A stretch of 64,000 nucleotides of DNA from Candidatus Multivoradales bacterium (GTDB lineage: Bacteria; Acidobacteriota; Thermoanaerobaculia; Multivoradales; JAHEKO01), in NCBI GenBank assembly GCA_965223855.1, contig CBDCXM010000009.1, forward strand, positions 2,752,001 to 2,816,000. Direction: 5' to 3'. Below the pieces are notes generated by a model. It was not told where the DNA came from and made no database searches. It saw only the letters and a list, made by a program, of their open reading frames with translations. Position numbers and translations under genes: made by a program. Positions 1 through 10,265 of this stretch are shown one piece after another. Numbering within the stretch: position 1 is the stretch's first letter; each line of letters opens with the position of its first letter.

Positions 1-1
1 C

Positions 2-925
2 TTCGACTACACGCTGGACGCAGCGAGTCTCTATGTGGGCGACGGATCTCTTCGTCTGCAGCAGATCGCCTACGAGCTGGACTACGACAAGAACACCAAC
101 AACCAGATCGATGGAACGGGTTATGTCTGCTTTGACTCTCCGGACGACCCGGGCGGTTGTGGTCAGAGTGTCTTCGCCTATTTCCCGATTCTCACGGGTG
201 TGAAGGCGAAATACGGCGACTACCACCATCTGAGGGAGTGGACCGCTTTGGCGGGCGACTCCTGGTCGAACGCTGGCGGGACGGTCTTCGATGGGACAAC
301 GCAGACGGTGGACGACGCGATGATCCGCGTCTGGACCGGGAGCAACCATGCCAAGGCCGATGACTCGTTCCTGCTGGCCACCCTACTCGGAATCCCCTGT
401 ACGGGGGATGACTGTACGGGGGGATCTGCGGTCGGCGAGTGCAATGTGCGCGCGCCGTTCCTGGCGGCAATCTCGGTTGCCTACGACCAGACCTTCAGCT
501 GCCCGCTGATGGCATCGGCCTACTGTCCTGACGGCGGAGCCTGTCCCACCCTGGTTGAGGATGGTGACTGCAAGGACCCGTATGTGGTTTCCGTGAACAC
601 GAGCGGGGAGGTCACCGTCCAGCTGGACGATCTCAGGGTGGACGACGGGGACGTGATCGCCAGCGCTACTGTGTTCTTGCAGGGCGTCGCGTTGAACTTC
701 AAGGACGACGATGGGCATCAGGTGAGGACGATCATGGCCAGCGTCGGAGACGCGGAGTTCACCGATCCCCAGGACAACGGGACCGGGGACGGCACGTACT
801 TCTCGAACCTCTCGTTCACGCCAGCGATGAAGATCGGCGACAACAACAACCACGACTACACGGACGACTCCAACACAGTGACGGCCGTTCTTGCGGTCTT
901 CTTCGAGAACACGGGCTGCGGATGA
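2..925 (+). CDS. hypothetical Cys/Asp-rich, probably extracellular protein (5' truncated by window edge)
   Basis: Frame is open from position 2 (FDYTLDAASLYV...) through the ORF-track GTG at 35 to TGA at 925; many Cys, Asp and Gly; no family recognised. Confidence 0.7.
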   Translation, partial: FDYTLDAASLYVGDGSLRLQQIAYELDYDKNTNNQIDGTGYVCFDSPDDPGGCGQSVFAYFPILTGVKAKYGDYHHLREWTALAGDSWSNAGGTVFDGTTQTVDDAMIRVWTGSNHAKADDSFLLATLLGIPCTGDDCTGGSAVGECNVRAPFLAAISVAYDQTFSCPLMASAYCPDGGACPTLVEDGDCKDPYVVSVNTSGEVTVQLDDLRVDDGDVIASATVFLQGVALNFKDDDGHQVRTIMASVGDAEFTDPQDNGTGDGTYFSNLSFTPAMKIGDNNNHDYTDDSNTVTAVLAVFFENTGCG

Positions 926-998
926 CCTTCGGTGCTCGGTTCGGGATCTGAGCTCCGGTAGCCAGGGCTGGGCGTAGTCGCCCCTACCCTGGGGTAGG

Positions 999-2996
999 GT
1001 GCGAGTGATGATTTCTTCGAAGAAGAGGCCGGGCGGGGTCTCATACGGGGAGGTAGGTCTTCTCCGGAGGTTCCTTTGCGTTGGGGGCGCAACCCTGGCG
1101 TCGATCTTCGGCCTGACCGATCCTGTTCGGAGCGCCTCGGGCGAGGCTCCCCCGGAAGGGAGCACACAGCCGGACGTCGTCTTCGTGACGCTCGACACGA
1201 CACGGGCCGACGCGCTCGGCTCGTACGGTGCCGACGATGCCGGTACGGCAACACTCGACCGTCTGGCCTCGAGCGGACTGCGCTGGGAGCGAGCCATCAC
1301 CGCGTCGCCCCTGACCCTGCCGGCCCATGCCACACTGATGACCGGGCTCGAGCCACCGCTCCACGGGGTGCGCGACAACGGTTTGGTGGCGCTCGGAGTG
1401 GGGCCCCCCACGCTGGCCGAGGCGTTCGCGGCGGCGGGGTACCGCACCGGTGCCGTCATCGCTTCTGCCGTGCTCGATCGCAGGTTCGGTCTCGACCGCG
1501 GGTTCGAGCACTACGACGACGTACTGACGGCGGAGCGGGTCGGCGAGTACGGCTATCCGGAGCGCGACGCCGATCAGGTCACGGCGGCGGCGCTCGACTG
1601 GGCCGGTGGGCTGCGCGACGGCGAGCGCTACTTCCTCTGGGTTCACTACTACGACCCGCACGCCCCCTACCAGACGCGCCTCGGCGGCGCGGCGACCGAG
1701 AGGCAGCGCTACGCGGCCGAGGTCGCTCATGTCGATCGGGCACTCGGACGGCTACTCGACGGCCTGCCCGGTGACCCGGAGCGACGGCTGGTGGCGGTGG
1801 TAGCGGATCACGGTGAGATGCTCGGCGAGCACGGCGAGCGCGCTCACGGGATCCTGCTCTACCGCTCGGCGCTCGAGGTGCCGATGATCCTCAGCGGGCC
1901 GGGGATCGTCGCCGGCACGCGATCGGAGACGGTCGCCACGCGAGACCTGGCGGCGACCGTTGCCGAGGTGGCCGGCGTGAGCTTCAGGGGCCGGTCGCTC
2001 CTCCTGGAGACCCCGCGGACCGGCGAGGCGATCTACAGCGAGACCTTCCTTCCCTCCACCGCCTACGGCTGGAGCCCGATGCTGGCGATCACCGAGGGGC
2101 GGTGGCGCTATGTCGAGGCTCCACAACCGGAGCTCTTCGACTTCGTCGCCGATCCGGGGGAGGAGACCAATCTCGTGAATCGGGAGCCGGAGCGGGCGGA
2201 AACGCTGCGCTCCAGGCTGGCCGATTTCGCTCCGGAGTCGCAGCCCGAGCCGGGCGAAGTGGCCCGCGACCTGGCGGCCGAGTTGCGAGCGCTGGGGTAT
2301 CTGTCGGGGATGTCCGGCGGTGCCGAGGGCGCTGGGGAGGACGACCGGCAGCCGATCGATCCGAAGGAGGGCATTCACTGGCTGGCGGAGTTCGAGGGAG
2401 CGAAGCGGGAGCTGGCGTCGGGGCGGGCCCATCAGGCGGCGGCGCTGCTGGACGGTCTCGTGCGCCGCAGCCCCGACAACGTTCCGTTCCTGATGCGCTC
2501 TGCGGAGGCGCAGTTCGCCGCCGGGCGGCCTGACCGGGCGTTCGAGCGACTCGATCGCGCCCTCGAGATCAACCCGGCACTCGATCTGCTCCACTCGACG
2601 CGCGGCGACTGGCTGCGGATCTCCCGGCGCTGCGACGAGGCCGAGGCGCCTTATCGTAAGGCGCTGGAGCTCAACCCTCGCCTCGCAGCGGCGGCGCTCG
2701 GCCTCGCAGAGTGCTTCGCCGTCGCCGGGCGCACGGCCGACGAGAGGCAGCTCCTCGAGGAGGCACATGCCGCGGGGGTCGGCAGCGCCATCATCGCGAC
2801 GCGGCTCGGGCAGCTCGCGCTGGCGGCGGACCAATTGGAGGCTGCCGACCGCTACCTGGCCGAGGCGGTCGAGAGGCTGCCGACATTCGCTGCCGCCTGG
2901 CATGCCTGGGGGCGCCTCGCCGCGGTACAGGGTGACGAGGAAGCCGCCGAGGAGCGGCGCAGTCGCGCCGCCACCCTGGCGAGCCGAGATCGTTGA
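999..2996 (+). CDS. sulfatase-like hydrolase with C-terminal TPR repeats
   Basis: VVFVTLDTTRADALG, SPLTLPAHATLMTG, WVHYYDPHAPY, VADHGE, LRALGYL, then TPR-like helices (RALEINP, KALELNP). Confidence 0.9.
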   Translation: MRVMISSKKRPGGVSYGEVGLLRRFLCVGGATLASIFGLTDPVRSASGEAPPEGSTQPDVVFVTLDTTRADALGSYGADDAGTATLDRLASSGLRWERAITASPLTLPAHATLMTGLEPPLHGVRDNGLVALGVGPPTLAEAFAAAGYRTGAVIASAVLDRRFGLDRGFEHYDDVLTAERVGEYGYPERDADQVTAAALDWAGGLRDGERYFLWVHYYDPHAPYQTRLGGAATERQRYAAEVAHVDRALGRLLDGLPGDPERRLVAVVADHGEMLGEHGERAHGILLYRSALEVPMILSGPGIVAGTRSETVATRDLAATVAEVAGVSFRGRSLLLETPRTGEAIYSETFLPSTAYGWSPMLAITEGRWRYVEAPQPELFDFVADPGEETNLVNREPERAETLRSRLADFAPESQPEPGEVARDLAAELRALGYLSGMSGGAEGAGEDDRQPIDPKEGIHWLAEFEGAKRELASGRAHQAAALLDGLVRRSPDNVPFLMRSAEAQFAAGRPDRAFERLDRALEINPALDLLHSTRGDWLRISRRCDEAEAPYRKALELNPRLAAAALGLAECFAVAGRTADERQLLEEAHAAGVGSAIIATRLGQLALAADQLEAADRYLAEAVERLPTFAAAWHAWGRLAAVQGDEEAAEERRSRAATLASRDR

Positions 2997-3817
2997 TGAC
3001 CGAGCCGCGTGACGGCGTCGTCCTCCTGGGACTGCCGACCGACGAGGCCTCGAGTGCCGAGCGGGGCAGCGCCGAGGGGCCGGGGGCCCTCCGACGCGCC
3101 CTCTACTCGGAGGCGTCCAACCTCACCACCGAGAATGGAATCGACCTCGGGGCCGAGCAGCGCTTCGCCGACCGCGGCGATCTCGATCTCCCGGGGGGAG
3201 CGGCAACGCGGCAGGCGATCGAAGCTGCTTTGGCGGCCTGCCTCGAGGCCGGAAACAGGGTCGTTTCGATCGGCGGCGACCATAGCGTGACCTACCCGAT
3301 CCTGCGCGCCTACACGGAGCGCTGGGAGGAGTTGACGGTGGTGCAGATCGACGCGCACCCCGACCTTTACGACGCCTTCGAAGGGGACCGCTTCTCTCAC
3401 GCCTGCCCCTTCGCCCGCATCATGGAGGAGGGCAAGGTCGGGCGTCTGGTGCAGATCGGGATCCGGACGGCTACGGCCCACCAGCGCGAGCAGGCGGAGC
3501 GCTTCGGCGTCGAGATCGTGCCGCGTGAGCGCTGGCGCGACCTTGGCGCGCTCGATCTGAGGGGGCCGACCTACCTGTCGATCGACCTCGACGGCTTCGA
3601 CCCCGCCTTCGCTCCGGGAGTGGCCCACCCGGAGGGCGGTGGCGTCGATCCCGATCTCGTGCTGAGGCTCGTCGCCGGCATCCCCGGGCTGGTCGGCGCC
3701 GACGTCGTGGAACTCAACCCGGGGAAAGATGCCGGCGGAATCACCGCGGTCCTGGCCGCCAAGCTCGTCAAGGAGCTCGTCGGACGCCTGGTCCTCGGAC
3801 GTTCCGGCACGCCGTAA
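2993..3817 (+). CDS. speB: agmatinase/arginase (ureohydrolase) family
   Basis: GGDHS, DAHPD, SIDLDGFDPAFAPG and DVVELNP metal-binding motifs; substrate specificity not provable from sequence. Confidence 0.8.
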   Translation: MMTEPRDGVVLLGLPTDEASSAERGSAEGPGALRRALYSEASNLTTENGIDLGAEQRFADRGDLDLPGGAATRQAIEAALAACLEAGNRVVSIGGDHSVTYPILRAYTERWEELTVVQIDAHPDLYDAFEGDRFSHACPFARIMEEGKVGRLVQIGIRTATAHQREQAERFGVEIVPRERWRDLGALDLRGPTYLSIDLDGFDPAFAPGVAHPEGGGVDPDLVLRLVAGIPGLVGADVVELNPGKDAGGITAVLAAKLVKELVGRLVLGRSGTP

Positions 3818-3871
3818 GCGGGTCGTCGCTGCAAGCCCGGCCTGGTGAGACGTTCAGGCTAGACTGAAGGC

Positions 3872-5191
3872 ATGAACATGCGCGCACTCTTCGTCCTCTC
3901 CGCGGCCGCTCTCTGTTTCGGAGAGCCGGTGCTGGCGGCGTCCGAAACCCGTTGGTCGGCGGAGCTCAAGGCGCGCTACCGCTCGAGCGACGCCGCCCGG
4001 TTCCGTCTCGGTTTCCCGTTCGGCCCCGACCAGTTGCCTCCGGGGGCGGACGGGGTCGATCTGGCGACCGTGGACGAGGGGGACCACCTCGAGTTCGTCG
4101 CGGCCACGATCGAGATCGAGCGCGAATGGGAGGCCGCCGCCTTCGCCATCAAGGTCGATGCGGTCGACCTCGACGACCGCAATCCGACGTCGACGGCGCG
4201 CGAATACGACCTCGACGAGCTGTGGTTCCGCTTCGGCCGTGAGAGCGAACCGGCGGTCGTTCCTGAGCGACGGCAGTACTACGCCAAGTTTGGCAAGTTC
4301 CCGCACTTCGAGCGTCAGGACGATCGCCACCTCGAGAGCTACGGCATGGTGGCGACCGCCTTCAACCGGCAGGAGGACGTCGGCATCGAGTTCGGGGTCG
4401 ATCTCACCAGACACTGGTACCTGAAGGCCTCGTACACCGAAGGCAACCCTCTCTTCCTGCGTGACCCGAACGCACTGGCGGGGGACAACGGGACGCCGGT
4501 GCTTCTCACGCCGAATCCTGCGCCGGAGTTCCAGAGCGGTATCCCGATCCCGTACGACGCCGACGTCGAGGAGGTCGGCTTCGAGCAACCGCAGCTCTCG
4601 ATCGGCATGGGCGTGCGCTTCTCCGACGGCACCGGTTTCAATGGTGTAGACGTCCTGGTGTGGACGCGGGAGCGCGACCTCGCTGCGACCATCGAGGTCG
4701 ACGGCAGCTTCTACGGGGCCGACCTCGATCAGTTGCTCGGCCCGCTCAACCTCTTTCCGTTCCCGATCACCTCCGATCGCAAGCGCGAGGACGGGATCAA
4801 CGTCTGGTGGTACTCCGGAGGATTCTCGTTCTTCGGCCAGTACGTCGATCAGGACCTCGCCGGCCTGCCGCGGACGGGGACCGAGTTCGAGCTCGCCTGG
4901 CGCAAGGAGCTGCCCCCGTTCTGGGCCGCCGGCGGCAGGCAGATTCTCCCTTCGATTGCGCCGGCCGTGCGCTACTCGGAGCTCGATCCCGACTTCGCCG
5001 CCCCCGCCACGACCCCGAGTCCCAGCTTCAGCTGGGATTGGGAGAAGTGGGACTACGGTCTCAGGGTGGGCCTCATCGGGGATTCCGACCTGACGATCGA
5101 GTACAGCGACAACGCCTTCGTCCTCGCTTCGGGGGCCGAGCGGGGGCTCGACGAGCTGCTGGTGACGTTGAGGCTGCGCTTTGGCAGCTGA
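3872..5191 (+). CDS. putative outer-membrane beta-barrel protein
   Basis: Signal peptide, amphipathic beta-strand pattern, C-terminal ...ELLVTLRLRFGS. Confidence 0.65.
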   Translation: MNMRALFVLSAAALCFGEPVLAASETRWSAELKARYRSSDAARFRLGFPFGPDQLPPGADGVDLATVDEGDHLEFVAATIEIEREWEAAAFAIKVDAVDLDDRNPTSTAREYDLDELWFRFGRESEPAVVPERRQYYAKFGKFPHFERQDDRHLESYGMVATAFNRQEDVGIEFGVDLTRHWYLKASYTEGNPLFLRDPNALAGDNGTPVLLTPNPAPEFQSGIPIPYDADVEEVGFEQPQLSIGMGVRFSDGTGFNGVDVLVWTRERDLAATIEVDGSFYGADLDQLLGPLNLFPFPITSDRKREDGINVWWYSGGFSFFGQYVDQDLAGLPRTGTEFELAWRKELPPFWAAGGRQILPSIAPAVRYSELDPDFAAPATTPSPSFSWDWEKWDYGLRVGLIGDSDLTIEYSDNAFVLASGAERGLDELLVTLRLRFGS

Positions 5192-5900
5192 GCAGCCGGG
5201 TCGTGCCGCACGAGCAGTGGCGGTCGCTCTCGGCGTGGTCGCGAGTCTCGGCTTCGGGGCCTCGGGGGTGCGCTCGGCAACCGCCGCCGAGCTGAGCGGT
5301 TCGGTCTCGCTCGTCTCCGGCCGGAGCGGTCGGCCGGCGCGCGGCGTCGAGGTGGCGGAGACCGTGGTCTCCTTCGCTCCAGCCGAGAGAGTGCCGCCGA
5401 ACGTACCCAATCAGCCGTTCCTGATGGCGACCTCGCGGAAGGCGTTCTCTCCCGAGCTGCTCACCATTCCGGTCGGCGCCGAGGTCGTTTTCCCCAACTT
5501 CGATCCGATCCTGCACAACGTGTTCTCGGTGACCCCGGGGAGTCGCTTCGATCTCGGTCTCTACGGCAAGGGAGAGGGGAAGGCGGCGACGTTCGACAGC
5601 CCCGGTCTGGTGAGAGTGTTCTGCAACGTCCATCAGGCGATGTTCGGCCACATCCTGGTGCTCGACTCGCCCTTCTACGCGCGGGTCGACGCCGTCGGCA
5701 GGTTCACCCTCGAAGGGCTGCCTGCGGGAGGGGGTGAGCTCGTCGTCTGGCACCCTCAGGCGGAGCTGACGAGAATCCCGGTTTCCGCCCCCGGGCGAGG
5801 GCTCGACGTGAAGCTCGAAGTCCAGAGACGCCGGGTCCCGGCGCACCTGAACAAGTTCGGCAAGCCGTACCGGTCACGCCGCGACCGATACAATCGCTGA
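5181..5900 (+). CDS. secreted cupredoxin-like protein with carboxypeptidase-regulatory-like domain
   Basis: FPNFDPILHNVFS and VFCNVHQAM (His, Cys, His, Met copper-ligand pattern); start may be GTG 5217. Confidence 0.8.
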   Translation: MAAEQPGRAARAVAVALGVVASLGFGASGVRSATAAELSGSVSLVSGRSGRPARGVEVAETVVSFAPAERVPPNVPNQPFLMATSRKAFSPELLTIPVGAEVVFPNFDPILHNVFSVTPGSRFDLGLYGKGEGKAATFDSPGLVRVFCNVHQAMFGHILVLDSPFYARVDAVGRFTLEGLPAGGGELVVWHPQAELTRIPVSAPGRGLDVKLEVQRRRVPAHLNKFGKPYRSRRDRYNR

Positions 5901-5978
5901 CGTTCCCGACTCTCGAGAGGACTGCGCCGCTCCGGCCGTCGGCCGAGGCGCGCCTTCCGAGTCACGTCCCGAGCCTCC

Positions 5979-8552
5979 ATGCGCCTGACGACACGCCTCT
6001 TTCTGCTCATCTCTTTCCTGATCGCGTTGTCGGTCGGAACGGCGGTCGCCGTGACCTGGTTCTGGTCCGGGCGCATCGGCCGGGAGGCGATCACCGAACG
6101 GCTGGAGAAAGGGAGCGAACTTCGACGTCAGCAGGACGAAGCGCTCTACGACCGGTTGCAGCTGGTCGCCAACGTCTTCGTCGCCGATGCGAACCTGATC
6201 GCCTATGTGGCCGAGGCGCTCGATCGGACTGACAGCGGCTCGATCCTCGACCTGCTGCTCGAACGTCAGGACGACCTCGGCTTCGACTTCGCCGCCGTCA
6301 CCGATCCCGACGGTTACCTGCTCGCACGCACCGACAGGCTGTCGGCTCTCGACGAGGATCTCGCCGACGTGCCGCTGATCGCCGAGGCGCTCGACGACTT
6401 CGAGAGCGCCGGGCTGTGGGTCGAAGGGGAGGAGATCTACCACGCGGTGGTCATCCCGCTGGTGCAGGGAGGCATCGACCTGATCGGCTTCTTCGCCACC
6501 GCCTACCGGGTCGACGATGTCGGCGCGGTCGAGAGCCGGCGCCTCGACGGCAGTGAGGTGGTCATCGTGTCGGTCGACTCCGGGGCTCCGCTCGCTTCGA
6601 GTTTCGATGAGGCGAGGCAGCCGCTCGCTCACGCGGCTCTGGCAGGAGCGGCTCTCGCCGGCCCCGAGGCGAGCGCAGTCGCCCTCAGCGACAGCGTGCG
6701 AGAAGTCGCGATCGGCGGCGAGCCGTGGCTGGTGCACCGCTCGGAGCTCTTCGGCTCGAGCGGCGACCCGGTGGCGGTGCGGCTCACCGGGGCGTCGCTG
6801 CGCGCCGAGACGGCGCCGTTCCGGCGCATCGCCTCCGCCCTCGGCTTGATCGGCCTCGCCACCGCGCTGCTCGGCTTTCTGCTGACCTACGGCCTGGCTC
6901 GCCGGCTCACCCGGCCGCTCGCCGCACTGATCGGTGCCGCGAAGAAGGCGCGAGCCGGCGACTATGCGGCGCAGATCCCGACCGCGCGGGCGGACGAGGT
7001 GGGGGAGCTCGGCACGGAGTTCAAGGAGCTTCTCAACGAACTGCGCGAGAAGCGTGACATGGAGACCTACGTCGCCGAGCTGTCCCGCAAGCTGCCCGAC
7101 CCGGTGCAGCTGCTGGAGAAGCCGATGAAGAGCGCCCACCGCTCCGAGGTCACCGTGCTGGCGGTCGAGTACCGGATCCACGGAGCCGAGGCAGATCCCG
7201 AGCCGGTGGCGGCGTTGTCTCGTCTCGGCGCCGACCTGCGTGAGGCGGCCCGGCGGATACGCGGCTCGCGCGGCGTCGTCGCCTCCTTCAGCGGGCATCG
7301 GGTGCTGGCGGTGTTCGAGGGTGACGATCACCTGCAGCGCGCCGTCAAGGTGGCGATCGAGGTCGTCAAGACCGGCAGCGCGTGGTCTCCGGGAGAGCCC
7401 GACGCCGCACCCGCGGTCGCGCTGGCCGCGGACTCGGTCGTGCTGGGGATGATCGAGTGGGAGAGCCAGGGGTACGAGGCGGTGTGCGGGCGCGCCGTCC
7501 AGCTGATCGAGACGCTCCTGCGCGAGGCCGCTCCGGGGGAGCTGCTGATGCCGCTCTTCACCCGCGATCGGCTGCTCGAACTCACCGACGTGCCTCCCGA
7601 GGTGCTGCCGGAGAGGCAGGGGATCACCACCGCCCTGCGCCACTGTTCCCTCGATCTCAGTCATGCTCCTGCGCTGCCGACGCTGACCCTCGAGGGGAGC
7701 GGCGACGCCGCCGCCGAGAGGCCGATCTTCCAACCGGGGCAGGTGGTCGCCGATCGCTTCGAGATTCTCTCGTTGGCGGGCACCGGCGGGATGGGGGCGG
7801 TCTACCGCGTGCGCGACCGCCGGCTCGGTGAGGTGGTGGCGCTCAAGACGCTGCGGGACGGTGCCTGGAAGGACCGCGAGCGCATCGAACGGCTCAAGCA
7901 GGAGATCAAGATCGCGCGCGCGATTTCCCATCCGCACGTCCTGAGGGTGTACGACCTGGGTGAGGCGGACGGCGTGCCGTTCATCTCGATGGAGTACGTC
8001 CCCGGAGTGACCTTGCGACAGATGCTCGAGCAGGCGCCGCGGCTGCCGTTCTCGGCGGCGATGCGCCTGGCGCGGCAGATCGTGCAGGGGCTCGACGCGG
8101 TCCACGCTACCGGGATCCTCCATCTGGACATCAAGCCGGACAACGTGCTGCTCGAGCCGACCGGCAACGCGCGACTCACCGACTTCGGCATTTCCAGCCC
8201 GCTCGACAGCGGCCGTGAGGGGGCGGCGGCCCCCCAGCGGACACTCGGCACCCCGTACTACGTCGCTCCGGAGATCGTGCGCGGAGAGGGGGCCGACGCG
8301 CGGGCCGATCTCTTCAGCACCGGTGTGCTGCTGTTCGAACTCTTCACCGGCGGTCGTCCGTTCCGCACGGGACAGTCGGTCGCCGAGGTGTTCCGGATCA
8401 AGCTCGAAGAGCCGGCCGCGACCGCCGACAGCATCTGGCCCGACGTGCCGCCCGTCCTCGCCGCGGTGCTGGCGAAGTGCCTCGAGAAAGACCCCGACCA
8501 GCGCTATGCCGCGGCCGCGGATCTCCTGGCCGACCTCGACCGGGTGCTCTGA
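5979..8552 (+). CDS. membrane sensor - HAMP - degenerate nucleotide cyclase - Ser/Thr kinase
   Basis: Two TM helices, HAMP (RADEVGELG), kinase motifs GTGGMGAVY, VALKTL, HLDIKPDN, DFG, GTPYYVAPE. Confidence 0.9.
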   Translation: MRLTTRLFLLISFLIALSVGTAVAVTWFWSGRIGREAITERLEKGSELRRQQDEALYDRLQLVANVFVADANLIAYVAEALDRTDSGSILDLLLERQDDLGFDFAAVTDPDGYLLARTDRLSALDEDLADVPLIAEALDDFESAGLWVEGEEIYHAVVIPLVQGGIDLIGFFATAYRVDDVGAVESRRLDGSEVVIVSVDSGAPLASSFDEARQPLAHAALAGAALAGPEASAVALSDSVREVAIGGEPWLVHRSELFGSSGDPVAVRLTGASLRAETAPFRRIASALGLIGLATALLGFLLTYGLARRLTRPLAALIGAAKKARAGDYAAQIPTARADEVGELGTEFKELLNELREKRDMETYVAELSRKLPDPVQLLEKPMKSAHRSEVTVLAVEYRIHGAEADPEPVAALSRLGADLREAARRIRGSRGVVASFSGHRVLAVFEGDDHLQRAVKVAIEVVKTGSAWSPGEPDAAPAVALAADSVVLGMIEWESQGYEAVCGRAVQLIETLLREAAPGELLMPLFTRDRLLELTDVPPEVLPERQGITTALRHCSLDLSHAPALPTLTLEGSGDAAAERPIFQPGQVVADRFEILSLAGTGGMGAVYRVRDRRLGEVVALKTLRDGAWKDRERIERLKQEIKIARAISHPHVLRVYDLGEADGVPFISMEYVPGVTLRQMLEQAPRLPFSAAMRLARQIVQGLDAVHATGILHLDIKPDNVLLEPTGNARLTDFGISSPLDSGREGAAAPQRTLGTPYYVAPEIVRGEGADARADLFSTGVLLFELFTGGRPFRTGQSVAEVFRIKLEEPAATADSIWPDVPPVLAAVLAKCLEKDPDQRYAAAADLLADLDRVL

Positions 8553-8574
8553 GTCGGGCTGTTTCCAGAGCCGA

Positions 8575-9186
8575 TCAGCCCGGGCGGCGGAAGACGACGC
8601 AGTAGCGGTCCTCGTCTCCGACCCGCCAGTCGTCGTAGCGCTCCACCAGCTCGAAGCCGGCGGCCGTCATCTCGGCGACGAGAGTGTCCGCAGCAATGCC
8701 GTGTCCTCCGCGATCCGGCACCCCCTCGAGCTCGCGCCAGTGGGTCTGCGGCACGATGTCGATCACCGCGATGCGCCCTCCCGGAACGAGTGCGTCGAAC
8801 AGCCCCCGCCGCATCGGCTCCGGGTCGGTGAAGTGGTGATAGACCATCCGCAGCAGGATCGCCTCGCAGCAGCCGTCCTCCAGACCGAGATCCCGGTCCG
8901 TCCCGAGCACCGCGGTGACGTTGTCGGCGAGGGTGGCCAGCTCCGCGACGAGATCGGACTCGACCTCGGTAGCGAAGACGGCGCCTGACTCGCCGACGGC
9001 GGCGCTCAGGACTGCCGCCCATTCGCCGTCACCCGCGCCGACGTCCGCGACGGTCATCCCCTCGGATACATGCAAGACCTCGAGGATTCGCTCCGCCTCT
9101 TCCGCGAAGCCCGCCGAACAGGCGGGGAGGAGGAGGGCGACGAGAATCGCAAGTGCGGTCAGGCCGAGAGTGTTGCGGTCGAGCAT
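8575..9186 (-). CDS. class I SAM-dependent methyltransferase with signal/lipoprotein-like N-terminus
   Basis: VADVGAGDG motif I, VYHHF, LVPGGRIAVID. Confidence 0.85.
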   Translation of the reverse strand: MLDRNTLGLTALAILVALLLPACSAGFAEEAERILEVLHVSEGMTVADVGAGDGEWAAVLSAAVGESGAVFATEVESDLVAELATLADNVTAVLGTDRDLGLEDGCCEAILLRMVYHHFTDPEPMRRGLFDALVPGGRIAVIDIVPQTHWRELEGVPDRGGHGIAADTLVAEMTAAGFELVERYDDWRVGDEDRYCVVFRRPG

Positions 9187-9289
9187 GGGTGGTTCATACC
9201 ACGAGCGGGGGGGGCGGGCGAGAGAATTACGGTGACAGGATACTTATCTCTGCACGGCCACCAAGACTGGAAGGTCGCGGGCCGTAGGC

Positions 9290-9826
9290 TTGGTGGGAAT
9301 AGGTATCCCGTCATCGTGCCGTCGTCCCGTCGTGTGGCAGGATGCCGCCCTCGTGCTCGCGACCCTGATCCTCTCTCTCCTCGTCGCCGCCGCGCCCGCA
9401 GCGGCAGGGAGTCCGTTCCATGGCGCCACGGTCGAGATCACCGACCTGGGGACTTGCACCGGCTGTGCAGGTAGCGTCCTTCGGGCAATGAAGCGAATCG
9501 ACGGCGTCGCGGACGCGGCGCTCGAAGAGGGAGGCGTCGTTCGGGTCACGGCCGAGGAGGGTGTCTGGATCGATCCCGGCGAGCTGCGCCATATCGTGAG
9601 GAACGCCGGTTACACCGCCGGCACCGTCGCGTCGTTCTGCCGCGGTACCCTGACCAGGGAGGAGGGGAAAGTCTCCTTCACCGCGGCCGCGGCGCGCGAG
9701 GATGCGAGTCTGCCCGTCGAGGACCCTGAAGGACTCGTTTCCGAGCCCGTCACCGCACGCGCACAGTTCGTGTCTACGGCCTCGGAGCCGACTCCTGTGC
9801 TCCGGGCGATCGACAAAGGGGGATGA
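9290..9826 (+). CDS. exported heavy-metal-associated (HMA) domain protein
   Basis: Signal peptide followed by TCTGCAGSV...IDGV (CxxC); exact start uncertain. Confidence 0.7.
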   Translation: MVGIGIPSSCRRPVVWQDAALVLATLILSLLVAAAPAAAGSPFHGATVEITDLGTCTGCAGSVLRAMKRIDGVADAALEEGGVVRVTAEEGVWIDPGELRHIVRNAGYTAGTVASFCRGTLTREEGKVSFTAAAAREDASLPVEDPEGLVSEPVTARAQFVSTASEPTPVLRAIDKGG

Positions 9827-10250
9827 CCGGCGCGGGCAGCCAGCTCCGACCGCCCGTAGCCGGCAGTTCCAGGAACAGCTCTCCGGCCTCGACATCGAGA
9901 AACCACCACCCCCTGGCATCGGCGGCGGGGAAGAGCTGCTCCCAGAGGATGTCGGAGGGAGACTCCACGTCTACGGCGAGCAACAACATGAACCTCCATG
10001 TCTCCTGGTAACGGGAAGGATGGCGGCCCGGCAGACCGCCAACGATGACCCGTCCCTCCAACAAGGCCGGGTAGCCCCGCAGGTCCCAACTCTCTGACAG
10101 GAGCCCATCGCACCAGAGGCCTGGAGCTGAGGCCGCAGGCCGCTCGCGCCACTCCTCGCAGAGTCGCAGCTCCAGGCGCAGGAAGAACGACTCCTGGGTC
10201 AGTTCGTCGAGAACTTTCGAATCAAGCTCGACGTTTCTCCGGAGCAGTCG
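9774..10250 (-). CDS. hypothetical protein
   Basis: Protein-like Trp/Leu-rich sequence (FFLRLELRLCEEW...LWCDGLL...WWFLD) filling the gap; no clear start codon, and the ORF-track 5' part runs into the repeats. Confidence 0.35.
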   Translation of the reverse strand, partial: RLLRRNVELDSKVLDELTQESFFLRLELRLCEEWRERPAASAPGLWCDGLLSESWDLRGYPALLEGRVIVGGLPGRHPSRYQETWRFMLLLAVDVESPSDILWEQLFPAADARGWWFLDVEAGELFLELPATGGRSWLPAPVIPLCRSPGAQESAPRP

Positions 10251-10265
10251 ATTCGTAACGGACAC

